NCBI GenBank assembly: GCA_026391215.1 | Contig: JAPLDX010000060.1 | Location: 1 to 64,000 of the forward strand | Origin: Bacteroidia bacterium | Lineage (GTDB): Bacteria; Bacteroidota; Bacteroidia; Bacteroidales; VadinHA17 | DNA length: 64,000 bases | Direction of reading: 5' to 3' | Shown here: positions 49,238 through 59,408 of the stretch, in pieces | Position numbering within the stretch: position 1 is the first letter of the stretch | Layout of the letters: the number at the start of each line of letters is the position of its first letter | Position numbers and translations under genes: made by a program | The notes under the pieces: model-generated | The model's database searches: none | Seen by the model: only the letters and a program-made list of their open reading frames with translations | What the model was told of the DNA's origin: nothing

Positions 49238-51964
49238 TTACTTTCCGTATTTGATTGAAGCCTGTGCTGCGGCCAGTCTTGCTATCGGCACCCTGAAAGG
49301 TGAGCAGCTCACGTATGTGAGTCCTGTTTTGAAGCAGAATTCAACTGAAGCCGGATCGCCTCCCTGTTCACCGCAAATACCAACTTTCAGGTCAGGCCTG
49401 GTAGCCCTTCCTTTCTGGACCGACATTATTATCAGCTGTCCTACACCTTCCTGGTCAATAGTCTGGAACGGATCAGCAGCCAGCATCTTCTGATCAAGAT
49501 AATCATTCATGAATCCTCCGATATCATCACGGCTGAAGCCAAATGTCATCTGTGAGAGGTCGTTGGTCCCAAATGAGAAAAACTCTGCGGTCTTTGCCAT
49601 GCGGTCGGAAAGAAGTGCAGCACGTGGGATCTCAATCATTGTACCATATTTATAATCTATCTTGCTGACTCCGAATTTTTTGCAAACTTCGTTATAGATC
49701 TTGTCGACAACTTTCTTTGTAACATCGAGTTCTGAAACATCACATGTAACGGGAACCATTAACTCAGGATGAGGTTTTTTACCTTCTTTAATAAGTTCCA
49801 TTGTAGCTTCAAACATTGCCCTTACCGTCATTTCCGTAACTTCAGGATAGGTGATGCCAAGACGGACACCGCGGTGGCCCATCATCGGGTTGGATTCATG
49901 CAAAGCTTCTCCGCGCTTTTCAACATCTTCTTTCTTTATCCCTAGTGCTTTTGCCAGCTCTTCCTGCTTATCAGGACTCTGGGGCACGAATTCATGAAGA
50001 GGAGGGTCTATAAGCCTGAATGTTACCGGAAGTTCGTTCATTGCCTCCAGTGTAGCCTTCATGTCCTTCTTGACATAGCCGGACAGTTCGTCGAGTGCCT
50101 TGCGCCTTTCGGTCTCATTTGCGCTGAGGATCATTTTACGAAGGAGGAACAGAGGCTGTTCTGAACCTTTTCCATAGAACATATGCTCTGTACGGAAAAG
50201 TCCAATGCCTTCAGCTCCGAAATCGCGTGCTATTTTAGCGTCAGCAGGCGTGTCGGCGTTTGTACGGACGCCCATTTTACGATGTTTATCAACTATCTTC
50301 ATGAACTCCTGGAATCTTGGATTTTCAGTTGCATCCATAAGAGCAATAGCTCCGGTATAAACATTTCCTTTTGTTCCGTTAAGAGTCAGAATATCACCTT
50401 CTTTTATTACAACTGACGAACCGTGGATCTTTGCAGTTTTTGAAGCTGCTTCTACATGAAGTCCACCTGCGCCTACTATACAGCATTTTCCCCAACCGCG
50501 TGCAACGAGTGCAGCGTGTGATGTCATACCGCCCCTGGCTGTAAGAATACCTACAGCAGCGCGCATTCCTTCAACATCTTCAGGATTGGTTTCTTCACGC
50601 ATAAGGATCACTTTTTCTCCTTTACGGAACCATGCTACAGCATCCTCAGCTGTAAAAACAACTTTTCCGACTGCTGCTCCGGGACCTGCAGGCAAACCCT
50701 TAACAATGGGCTTGACTTTCTTTTCAGCATCCGGATTACAGATAGGGTGAAGGAGCTCATCAAGCTGAGCAGGATCAACCCTTAATACAGCTGTTTTTTC
50801 ATCAATAAGTTTTTCATCAAGCATATCCATTGCCATGTTAAGCGCAGCGGTACCTGTTCTCTTCCCGGCGCGGCACTGAAGCATATAAAGTACATTCTCC
50901 TGAATAGTGAACTCAATATCAAGCATATCGTGGAAAGATTTCTCCAGAATGTCGCGGATGTCACACAGTTCCTTATATGTTTTTGGCATAGCTTCCTGCA
51001 TGCTTGGCAGGTGCTTGTTCTGCTCGTTCTTTGTTTCATCGTTGAGAGGGCTGGGAGTGCGGATCCCTGCCACAACATCTTCTCCCTGTGCATTTACAAG
51101 CCATTCTCCATAAAACAGGTTCTCACCTGTGGCCGGATTTCGTGTGAATGCAACACCTGTGGCAGATGTGTCACCCATGTTTCCGAATACCATAGCCTGA
51201 ACGTTGACAGCTGTTCCCCAATCGTCAGGAATACCTTCAATACGGCGGTACGAAACGGCTTTCTTTCCGTTCCAGCTCTTGAAAACGGCCTTGATTCCGC
51301 CTTCAAGCTGTGCCTTTGCATCATCAGGGAACGGGGTTCCGAGGACATCTTTTACCTTCTTTTTGAATTCTTCTGAGAGAAGTTTAAGCTCATCAGCTGT
51401 GATCTCAGTATCAGATTTATAACCTTTCTTATGTTTGAATGCATCAAGCATTTCATCGAGCTGCTTACGGATACCTCTGCCTTCTCCAAGTTCAATACCT
51501 TCAGCTTTTTCCATAACCACATCAGCATACATCATGATCAGACGACGGTATGAATCCCATACAAACCTTGGGTTATTGGTCTTTTTTAGAAACCCGGGAA
51601 TTGTGGATGAACAGAGACCTATGTTAAGAACGGTATCCATCATGCCGGGCATTGATTTACGTGCGCCCGAACGACAGGAAACCAGCAGTGCATTTGCAGG
51701 ATCTCCGTACTTCATGTTCATTGTTTCTTCAGTAAGCTTCATCGCGGCCCAGACTTCAGGCATCAGGTCGGGATCAAGAGAACAGTTGTTCTCATAATAC
51801 TCTGTACAGGCTTCGGTGGTAATTGTGAAACCTGCTGGTACAGGAAGTCCTAACAGACACATTTCTGCAAGGTTTGCACCTTTACCTCCGAGAAGGTTCT
51901 TCATATCAGCTTTACCCTCTGCAGTTCTTTTTCCAAAGGAGTAAACTCTTTTAAGTTTTGACAT
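49238..51964 (-). CDS. ppdK: Pyruvate, phosphate dikinase
   Basis: LLGGKGANLAEM, GGMTSHAALVARG, GIGLFRTEHM, FSFGTNDL, GICGEQGG. Confidence 0.97.
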   Translation of the reverse strand: MSKLKRVYSFGKRTAEGKADMKNLLGGKGANLAEMCLLGLPVPAGFTITTEACTEYYENNCSLDPDLMPEVWAAMKLTEETMNMKYGDPANALLVSCRSGARKSMPGMMDTVLNIGLCSSTIPGFLKKTNNPRFVWDSYRRLIMMYADVVMEKAEGIELGEGRGIRKQLDEMLDAFKHKKGYKSDTEITADELKLLSEEFKKKVKDVLGTPFPDDAKAQLEGGIKAVFKSWNGKKAVSYRRIEGIPDDWGTAVNVQAMVFGNMGDTSATGVAFTRNPATGENLFYGEWLVNAQGEDVVAGIRTPSPLNDETKNEQNKHLPSMQEAMPKTYKELCDIRDILEKSFHDMLDIEFTIQENVLYMLQCRAGKRTGTAALNMAMDMLDEKLIDEKTAVLRVDPAQLDELLHPICNPDAEKKVKPIVKGLPAGPGAAVGKVVFTAEDAVAWFRKGEKVILMREETNPEDVEGMRAAVGILTARGGMTSHAALVARGWGKCCIVGAGGLHVEAASKTAKIHGSSVVIKEGDILTLNGTKGNVYTGAIALMDATENPRFQEFMKIVDKHRKMGVRTNADTPADAKIARDFGAEGIGLFRTEHMFYGKGSEQPLFLLRKMILSANETERRKALDELSGYVKKDMKATLEAMNELPVTFRLIDPPLHEFVPQSPDKQEELAKALGIKKEDVEKRGEALHESNPMMGHRGVRLGITYPEVTEMTVRAMFEATMELIKEGKKPHPELMVPVTCDVSELDVTKKVVDKIYNEVCKKFGVSKIDYKYGTMIEIPRAALLSDRMAKTAEFFSFGTNDLSQMTFGFSRDDIGGFMNDYLDQKMLAADPFQTIDQEGVGQLIIMSVQKGRATRPDLKVGICGEQGGDPASVEFCFKTGLTYVSCSPFRVPIARLAAAQASIKYGK

Positions 51965-52010
51965 AGTTATACGGGTTTTATTGATTAATATTTGTTTTCG
52001 AAATGAATCG

Positions 52011-52018
52011 CAAAGGTA
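52011..52018 (-). promoter_or_regulatory. Bacteroidota -7 promoter element for ppdK
   Basis: TACCTTTG on the minus strand. Confidence 0.55.
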
Positions 52019-52050
52019 ATATTAAAAATTTAATTTCAGAAACCACATTT

Positions 52051-52950
52051 TCAGGCACGCGGATGAAATAATATCAGGGTATCCCTTAAAAAGCTCCTGT
52101 CGATATGAGTATAGATCTCTGTGGTAAGTATTGACTCGTGTCCAAGCATCTCCTGAACTGCCCTCAGATCGGCGCCTCCTTCAATCAGGTGGGTTGCAAA
52201 AGAATGCCTGAAGGTATGTGGGCTTATCTTCTTCCTGATACCTGCCTTTGCGGCCAGATCTTTTATAATTGTAAAGATCATTGACCTGGTAAGTTTTCTG
52301 CCTCTACGATTAAGGAAAAGGATATTTTTATCATAGATCCCAGGGAGTCCTTCCCTGTCTGGCATATAAATATCAATTTCCCTGAGAGTCTTTCTGCCGA
52401 CAGGAACGAGTCTCTGCTTATTTCCCTTGCCGGTTACCATTACAAACCCTTCTCCACGATGAATATCTGTAAGGCGGAGGTTTACGAGTTCCGATACCCT
52501 TAATCCGCAGCCATAGAGCGTTTCAATGATAGCCTTGTTCCTGTGTCCCTCCTGTTTACTGAGATCAATGCATCCTATCAACCTGTCAATCTCATTAACT
52601 GACAGAACTTCAGGAAGTTTCAGCCCGATCTTTGGAGATTCAATAAGGGATGCCGGATTCTCCTCAATTTCCTCTTCAATAAGCAGAAACCTGAAAAAAG
52701 CTCTTATCCCGCTGAGTACTCTTGATTGTGTCCTGGCATTCTGATTATCAAAGGCAAACCAGGTTAGGAAATCCTTCAGATCGGGATAAGTTACATCTGC
52801 TGGTGCTTTATCAGTTCCTTTTTCACTGAAGAATGACTCCAGTTTTAGGACATCACCGGTATAAGCTTCGATACTATTCTCCGATAGTGATTTCTCAAGC
52901 CTGAGATACGTTTCAAAATCCTTGATTGCCTGCTTCCAAGTGAAACTCAT
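52051..52950 (-). CDS. xerD: Site-specific tyrosine recombinase XerD
   Basis: YGCGLRVSEL, GKGNKQR, HTFRHSFATHL, LGHESILTTEIY; 299 aa; next to aroQ as in other Bacteroidota. Confidence 0.9.
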   Translation of the reverse strand: MSFTWKQAIKDFETYLRLEKSLSENSIEAYTGDVLKLESFFSEKGTDKAPADVTYPDLKDFLTWFAFDNQNARTQSRVLSGIRAFFRFLLIEEEIEENPASLIESPKIGLKLPEVLSVNEIDRLIGCIDLSKQEGHRNKAIIETLYGCGLRVSELVNLRLTDIHRGEGFVMVTGKGNKQRLVPVGRKTLREIDIYMPDREGLPGIYDKNILFLNRRGRKLTRSMIFTIIKDLAAKAGIRKKISPHTFRHSFATHLIEGGADLRAVQEMLGHESILTTEIYTHIDRSFLRDTLILFHPRA

Positions 52951-52968
52951 AACTTTTCAAATATTCTT

Positions 52969-53060
52969 CTTTGTATACCTTCGTGTGCACTTTGTGTTCT
53001 TTGTGGTTAAATATTCTCTTACTACAAAGGGACACTAAGGTTACACAAAGTAACACAAAG
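52969..53060. repeat. Opposed CTTTGTG / CACAAAG short-repeat element
   Basis: ctttgtgttctttgtggttaa ... actacaaagggacactaaggttacacaaagtaacacaaag. Confidence 0.6.
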
Positions 53061-53125
53061 GAAGCATCCCATCATTGATTTTTTAGCTATTTTTGCCGGG
53101 CAGGGAAAATACTAAACTAACGGAA

Positions 53126-53557
53126 ATGAAAATCAGTATTATAAATGGCCCAAATCTTAATCTTCTGGGAAAAAGAGAACCTGATAAATATGGCAACCGG
53201 TCTTTTGAAGATTATTTTACTTCGTTAAAGGCAAAATATCCGGAAATCGTTTTTGATTATTATCAGTCAAATGTTGAAGGAGAGCTGATAAATGAAATTC
53301 AGGCAAAAGGCTTTTCATGCGATGGCATAATTCTCAACGCCGGAGGCTACACTCATACATCTGTCGCTATTGCTGATGCCATTGCATCGGTCAGGACACC
53401 TGTTATTGAGGTTCATATTACAAACATTGCAGCTCGGGAAGATTTCCGTCATACCAGCCTTATTGCCCGCAGTTGTGCCGGTTCCATTTCCGGTTTCGGG
53501 CTTGACAGCTACAGGCTGGCAGTTGAAGCTTTAATTGTAAAACATACACTTAAATAA
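53126..53557 (+). CDS. aroQ: Type II 3-dehydroquinate dehydratase
   Basis: NGPNLNLLGKREP, QSNVEG, THTSVAIAD, EVHITN, REDFRH; promoter TATTTTTG at 53088. Confidence 0.96.
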   Translation: MKISIINGPNLNLLGKREPDKYGNRSFEDYFTSLKAKYPEIVFDYYQSNVEGELINEIQAKGFSCDGIILNAGGYTHTSVAIADAIASVRTPVIEVHITNIAAREDFRHTSLIARSCAGSISGFGLDSYRLAVEALIVKHTLK

Positions 53558-53559
53558 GG

Positions 53560-54993
53560 ATGAACAGGAAAAGAACAAAAATTGTTGCCACTCTCTCTGA
53601 TAAGAACTGTGAGCCTGAATTTATAAGGGATTTGTATAATGCCGGGATGGACCTCATCAGGATCAACTCAGCACATCTGACTACTGAAGGAGCCCTTAAG
53701 ATCATTAATAATGCCCGTGAGGTTTCAGATAAAATAGCGATCATTCTTGATACCAAAGGGCCTGAGATCCGTACAACTGTCTGTGAAGCCCCGATAAAGG
53801 TGAAGAAAGGAGATATTTTCAGGTTGACAGGTAAACCGGATAAAATTTCATCCGGCAAGGAGATATTTGTAAGCCTTATTTCTTTTGCTGAAGAGGTGCC
53901 TCCGGGTTCAGTTGTGATGATCGATGACGGGGATATTGAGATGAAAGCACTGAAGAAAGAGGGCGATACCCTTAAGTGCAAGGCTTTAAATGACGGGATA
54001 ATCGGATCAAGAAAAAGCGTAAACGTTCCTGGAGTTAAGATACACCTTCCGTCGCTTACGGATAAGGACAGGGCCTTTATCAAAATGGCAGCTGAAAATG
54101 ATGTGGAATTCATAGCTCATTCGTTTGTGAGGTCAAGGCAGGATGTAATTGATGTTCAGACCGAAATAAACAAGCATAAAAGTGATATAAAGATCATTGC
54201 CAAGATCGAAAATGAAGAGGGTGTTGAGAATATTGCAGAGATAATGGACGAAGTATACGGGATAATGGTTGCCAGGGGTGACCTTGCCATTGAGATCCCT
54301 TATGAAAAAATACCTTCCATCCAGAAGATGATGATTTCGCGGTGCATCTACTGCAGGAAGCCTGTCATTGTTGCGACTCAGATGCTTCACTCTATGATAA
54401 CCAATCCCCGACCTACAAGGGCCGAAGTCAGCGATATTGCAAGCGCAATATACTCACAGACTGATGCCATAATGCTGAGTGGTGAGACTGCCAATGGCAA
54501 ATATCCTGTTGAAGCCGTAATGACCATGACCAAGGTTGCACTCGAGGTTGAAAAGAACAAGGAAAAATACCTTGATACTCCGTACCTTAATGTGACCGGC
54601 GAAGTATCTTCCTACCTCGCTAAAGTGGCGGTAGAAACTTCACTGAGGATAAATGCAAAAGTAATAATTGCCGATACAACCCTTGGACGAACAATAAGGG
54701 ATATGGCATCCATCAGAGGATTCAACCATATCCTTGCCCAGTGCTATTCGGCCAGGACAATGAGAGAGCTGGCTCTTTCATATGGCGTATATGCCTCTTA
54801 CCAGGAAAGAAGGGAATCAATAGATGAATTCATTCAGATAGCACTGAAAAATATTGTCAAAGCTCATGACCTTAAAGATGATGACCTGGTAGTTGTGCTT
54901 GCAGGTAACTTTTCCAGCGGTTCCGGCTTCTCATTCATTGAAGTCGGCACTGTACTTTACCTTAAAGGCCGTGTAAGCAGCAGGGAAGAGTGA
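53560..54993 (+). CDS. pyk: Pyruvate kinase
   Basis: RTKIVAT, LDTKGPEIRT, IIAKIE, MVARGDL, ATQML, MLSGETA. Confidence 0.96.
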   Translation: MNRKRTKIVATLSDKNCEPEFIRDLYNAGMDLIRINSAHLTTEGALKIINNAREVSDKIAIILDTKGPEIRTTVCEAPIKVKKGDIFRLTGKPDKISSGKEIFVSLISFAEEVPPGSVVMIDDGDIEMKALKKEGDTLKCKALNDGIIGSRKSVNVPGVKIHLPSLTDKDRAFIKMAAENDVEFIAHSFVRSRQDVIDVQTEINKHKSDIKIIAKIENEEGVENIAEIMDEVYGIMVARGDLAIEIPYEKIPSIQKMMISRCIYCRKPVIVATQMLHSMITNPRPTRAEVSDIASAIYSQTDAIMLSGETANGKYPVEAVMTMTKVALEVEKNKEKYLDTPYLNVTGEVSSYLAKVAVETSLRINAKVIIADTTLGRTIRDMASIRGFNHILAQCYSARTMRELALSYGVYASYQERRESIDEFIQIALKNIVKAHDLKDDDLVVVLAGNFSSGSGFSFIEVGTVLYLKGRVSSREE

Positions 54994-55042
54994 TAAATGG
55001 TCTGATTTTTGTGGCTTTATTAATGCCTGAACTGTGATTGAA

Positions 55043-55525
55043 ATGCTTAAAGCCCTTGTACTTTCGATATGGTTCGTTTTTCACCCGGTACACGTTACCC
55101 TGACAAGTATCGACCATGTGCGGAATACAGATTCACTTAAGGTTTTTGTAAGAATGTATTATGATGATTTTCTGCAGGATTATTCATTATCAGAAGGGGA
55201 GAACTTTACAGAAAAAAAATTACAAAAGAGCGGGACATTTCCATATGATCTGATGAATAACTATCTGGAAGAAAAAGTTAATATAATTGTAGACAATAAA
55301 CAGCTGAAAGGGAAGTTATTAAACATTGAACAGGAGGATAATGAGATCCGTACGAATCTGCTGTACAGATTGGATAATAAGCCAAAAGTGATTACTGTCA
55401 GAAACCTGATTATGACCGGTTTATACACCGATCAGGCAAATATGACAATAATCAGGATAAATAATTTTGAAGAAGGTGTAATGCTGACACCCTTGAAAAC
55501 AGAAGAGACATTCAGCCTGAAATAA
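55043..55525 (+). CDS. DUF6702-like hypothetical protein
   Basis: HPVHVTLTSI after the signal peptide; YDDF; DQAN. Confidence 0.7.
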   Translation: MLKALVLSIWFVFHPVHVTLTSIDHVRNTDSLKVFVRMYYDDFLQDYSLSEGENFTEKKLQKSGTFPYDLMNNYLEEKVNIIVDNKQLKGKLLNIEQEDNEIRTNLLYRLDNKPKVITVRNLIMTGLYTDQANMTIIRINNFEEGVMLTPLKTEETFSLK

Positions 55526-55546
55526 TTACCCGGATTGAAGAATAAA

Positions 55547-58156
55547 ATGAAGAGATCAATTGCACTTGCACTTTTAGCGTTCAATTTCCTGGTTCTTTCT
55601 GCAACACATAACAGGGCAGGCGAGATAACCTATGTTCAGATTTCGGATCTGAGTTATCGGTTCACCGTCACAACTTTTACTTATACCCTGAGTCTTGCTG
55701 ACAGAGAAAAGCTTGATGTCAACTGGGGCGATAATTCTATCTCAACCGCACCAAGGATTGTAAAAACAAAACTTCCAAATAATTACCAGAAGAACATTTA
55801 TGTTATTGACCATACATTTCCGGGTCCGGGGGTTTATAAAGTAGTAATGCAGGATCCCAACAGGAATCAAGGCGTAGAGAATATCCCGAATTCAGTAAAT
55901 GTGGTCTTTTCAATATCGACTATTGTCACAGTAAATCCAAACATGGGGTTCAACAGCACGCCGGTACTCCTGAATCCTCCGTACGATAAGGCAGCCCTGG
56001 GATTCATATTCATCCACAATCCTGCTGCCTATGATCCCGACGGCGACAGCCTCTCTTATAAGCTGACAGTATGCACCCGTGAAGACGGAAAGCCAATTGA
56101 AAACTACACCCTGCCGCCTGCAACTCACTATATCCGCGTTGATTCAATTTCAGGCGACCTGATCTGGAAGACCCCGGCGGATACAGGAAAATACAATGTT
56201 GCAATGGAGATCCAGGAATGGAGAAACGGCAAGAAGATAGGGGTGGTGGTCAGGGATATGCAAATCGAAGTATTCATCACAAATAATAAACCCCCTGTGA
56301 ATGATACACTTAAAAACTGGTGCATAGAAGCAGGCGATACTATCGATTTTGTCTTTTCTGCTACAGACCGGAATAATGACGATATTTCTCTTAAAGCAAC
56401 TTCTGGAGTTTTTAGTCTCAAATCGTGCTCTGCTCATTTTACAGGCATTGATTCATTTCCCGGAATATCACGTTCAAGATTCTGGTGGGTGCCATGTTAT
56501 GAAGCAGTAAGAGGACAACCATATAATGTGATCTTTAAATCGGATGACAATAACGATGAGCTTATGCTTTCCGATATTGACAACATGACAATTAAAGTTC
56601 TTGGACCATCACCGGAGTTGATAAATGCAGTGCCGGAAGGTAAATTTATCAGACTCTCCTGGCAGCCTTACGGAACAGATGCAATTTCCGGTTTCAACAT
56701 TTACAGAAGGGATGGTGCAACTACTTTTGTTCCTGATTCCTGCACTGCAGGAATTCCTTCATCAACGGGCTTTGTTAAAGTAGGATATATCAGCGGAAGC
56801 AATACAGTAAAATATACGGATTCCGACAACGGGCAGGGCCTTCAGTTTGGTAAGGAATATACCTATAGGATTGTAGCTGTCTATAACAACGGAACTGAAA
56901 GCAAATCATCAAATGAGATCTCATCGACTCTGGTTTCAGGGGTGCCGGTAATAACTAATGTAAGTGTAACAAAAACAGATCCTGCCAACGGAACCATTTA
57001 TGTTGCATGGAAAAAACCTGACCGGCTTGATACGATTCCCAATGCTTCCGGGCCATTTGAATATTACATCTACCGTGCAGATGGAATCTCATCAAATGCA
57101 TATTCTCTGATTGATTCCATTCCGACTGCAGATCTGAATGATACCGTGTTTGTTGATACGCTTGATACACAAACATCAGGTTACATATACAGGATTGAGC
57201 TTTATAACAGAACTCCTGGATATAACTTTCTTATTGGTGAACCCGGAATTGCATCTTCACTCTTCCTTACTGTGAGCCCGGGTGACAGAAAAGCCAGGTT
57301 CGTGATCAACAGGAATGTTCCCTGGATAAATACCAGATATGATTTCTTCAGGCTTAATGAAGCCACAATGAAATATGATTCGGTTGGCACCACCAATCAG
57401 CTGACTTTTATTGATAACGGCCTGGTAAACGGCGAGGATTATTGTTATTATGTAAGGTCAAAGGGCGATTACTCGGACGAAAAGATGCCCAAGAACCTTA
57501 TAAACCTTTCGGAGATAGCCTGTACCACCCCGATTGACAATGAACCTCCCTGTCCTCCGGAAATAGATGTGACAAGCCAGTGCGACAGCCTGTATAATAC
57601 AATAACATGGAGCATCTCCGATCCTGTTTGCTTTGAAGATATTGCCGGTTATAAGATATATTATAAGATGACCTATGAAGCGGATTCGGTGCTGATTGAA
57701 ACTATCAATGACAAGAATATCCTTCTTTACAGGCATTACCCGGGCGATCTTATCTCAGGATGTTATACCGTATCTGCATTTGACCTTTTAGGCAACGAAG
57801 GACAGAAATCCGAAATGGTCTGCGTTGATTCCTGTGACTTCTATGAGATACCCAATGTTTTCACTCCCAATGGGGACGGTTTTAATGATAAATTGCTTGC
57901 CAAGACGTCTGCTCTTGTGGAGAGGGTTGATTTTAAGCTTTTTAATCGTAACGGCTTGCTGATATTTTCGACCGGGGAACCCAGGCTCAACTGGAACGGG
58001 ACATATAAAAACAGGATAGTATCTCCGGGTGTATACTTTTATCAGTGTGACGTATTTGAGAGGCGTATTTCAGGACTGGAACAGTTTCACCTTAAAGGTT
58101 TTATCCATGTTATTACGGAAGAGGGAGCAACTGTTCCCAGAGAGGAGACAAAATGA
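55547..58156 (+). CDS. T9SS type B (gliding motility-associated CTD) surface protein with FN3/Ig-like domains
   Basis: ATHNRAGEITY N-motif; DPDGDSLSY; IPNVFTPNGDGFND...FNRNG...WNG CTD. Confidence 0.88.
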   Translation: MKRSIALALLAFNFLVLSATHNRAGEITYVQISDLSYRFTVTTFTYTLSLADREKLDVNWGDNSISTAPRIVKTKLPNNYQKNIYVIDHTFPGPGVYKVVMQDPNRNQGVENIPNSVNVVFSISTIVTVNPNMGFNSTPVLLNPPYDKAALGFIFIHNPAAYDPDGDSLSYKLTVCTREDGKPIENYTLPPATHYIRVDSISGDLIWKTPADTGKYNVAMEIQEWRNGKKIGVVVRDMQIEVFITNNKPPVNDTLKNWCIEAGDTIDFVFSATDRNNDDISLKATSGVFSLKSCSAHFTGIDSFPGISRSRFWWVPCYEAVRGQPYNVIFKSDDNNDELMLSDIDNMTIKVLGPSPELINAVPEGKFIRLSWQPYGTDAISGFNIYRRDGATTFVPDSCTAGIPSSTGFVKVGYISGSNTVKYTDSDNGQGLQFGKEYTYRIVAVYNNGTESKSSNEISSTLVSGVPVITNVSVTKTDPANGTIYVAWKKPDRLDTIPNASGPFEYYIYRADGISSNAYSLIDSIPTADLNDTVFVDTLDTQTSGYIYRIELYNRTPGYNFLIGEPGIASSLFLTVSPGDRKARFVINRNVPWINTRYDFFRLNEATMKYDSVGTTNQLTFIDNGLVNGEDYCYYVRSKGDYSDEKMPKNLINLSEIACTTPIDNEPPCPPEIDVTSQCDSLYNTITWSISDPVCFEDIAGYKIYYKMTYEADSVLIETINDKNILLYRHYPGDLISGCYTVSAFDLLGNEGQKSEMVCVDSCDFYEIPNVFTPNGDGFNDKLLAKTSALVERVDFKLFNRNGLLIFSTGEPRLNWNGTYKNRIVSPGVYFYQCDVFERRISGLEQFHLKGFIHVITEEGATVPREETK

Positions 58157-58171
58157 TTTTGAGGGCATAGG

Positions 58172-59377
58172 ATGATGAAGAAGACATTATTACTTGTTAT
58201 GGCTTTCTGTTTTGCCGGGATCATTTCTGGTCAATCCTCTTTTGAAACTCTTCTGAAAGCAAGAGCATTATCCGGAAATGGAGAACATTCAAAGGCTGTT
58301 GAGATCCTTTCTTCAGCTTTAGGAGAAAAGAAGGAGAGCAGGCTTTACCTGGAAAGGGCGGAAGCTTATCTTCTGGAAGGAGACTATTTAAAGGCAATAA
58401 GTGATTATAATTCAGCAAACTCTCTCACCAATCATTCAGGTGATTATGGATTGGCAAGGATCTTTGCAATCAAGGGTGATGCAGTTGCATCTTTATCCCA
58501 TCTTGAAATGAACCTTCTATCCTCATTCAGAAAAAGTGAAAAAGAGGTTATGCTTGATCCGGCCTTCAGCATTATTGAAAATAAGCCGGAATGGCGCCAA
58601 TTCTGGAAAAGAGACTGGTACTCCGGTCTGGAAACAGGCATTTCGGAAATTGAATATTACCTGTCATCTGGCAGGAGGGATGATGCCCTTGAAATACTCT
58701 CAGGGCTTTCGGGAATCTATAAAGATAATGAAGAGGTGCTTTATGCAGGTGCACTGATAAATATGGCAGCAGGAAAACCGGGAGAAGTGATAAAAACAAT
58801 GGCAGGAATTCTATCTGCAGATCCCGGCAACGAAAAGTATCTGAGGCTCCTTGCTAAAGCTCAGTCTGATGCTTCGAATCATGCAGGTGCCTCAGTGACT
58901 TATTCAAAGCTGATAGATCAGGAGATACCGGATGCCGGTTTGCTGTTATTAAGGGCTGAGTGCTACAGGAAAACAGGTGAAACTGGCAGGGCTATGGCTG
59001 ACATTGAGAAGTACCTGTCCTTTTATTCTGAAGACAAATCAGGATTAAGCCTTGCAGGCAAGGTGAAAACAGCTGCAGGCGAGAACCTGGAAGCTATAGA
59101 GTACTTCTCTGAAAATCTTAAGTACCACCCTGGCGATCCCGGATGTTATCTCGACAGGGCAAATTCATATTTATCCATGAAATCATGGCAGTGGGCTATT
59201 AATGATTACAGCATGTCGCTCGATCTGGATCCGTCAAATTCCGAAGCATGGCTGAATAAAGGGATCGCACAGCTAAGCACTGGAAAACCCGAGGATGCCT
59301 GTCATGATTTCAGGCAATCATTGAAACTCGGAAATAAAAGGGCAACTGAATATATCAGCAGGTACTGTATAAAATAA
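58172..59377 (+). CDS. Tetratricopeptide repeat protein
   Basis: Signal peptide; multiple TPR motifs; terminal ACHDF...LG. Confidence 0.85.
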   Translation: MMKKTLLLVMAFCFAGIISGQSSFETLLKARALSGNGEHSKAVEILSSALGEKKESRLYLERAEAYLLEGDYLKAISDYNSANSLTNHSGDYGLARIFAIKGDAVASLSHLEMNLLSSFRKSEKEVMLDPAFSIIENKPEWRQFWKRDWYSGLETGISEIEYYLSSGRRDDALEILSGLSGIYKDNEEVLYAGALINMAAGKPGEVIKTMAGILSADPGNEKYLRLLAKAQSDASNHAGASVTYSKLIDQEIPDAGLLLLRAECYRKTGETGRAMADIEKYLSFYSEDKSGLSLAGKVKTAAGENLEAIEYFSENLKYHPGDPGCYLDRANSYLSMKSWQWAINDYSMSLDLDPSNSEAWLNKGIAQLSTGKPEDACHDFRQSLKLGNKRATEYISRYCIK

Positions 59378-59408
59378 TGGCTACCGGCAAACGGCTGCCT
59401 GACGTCTT

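Noticed and set aside
52051-52950. Prophage or ICE integrase
   Set aside because: Size, motifs and the aroQ/pyk context fit housekeeping XerD; no mobile cargo nearby
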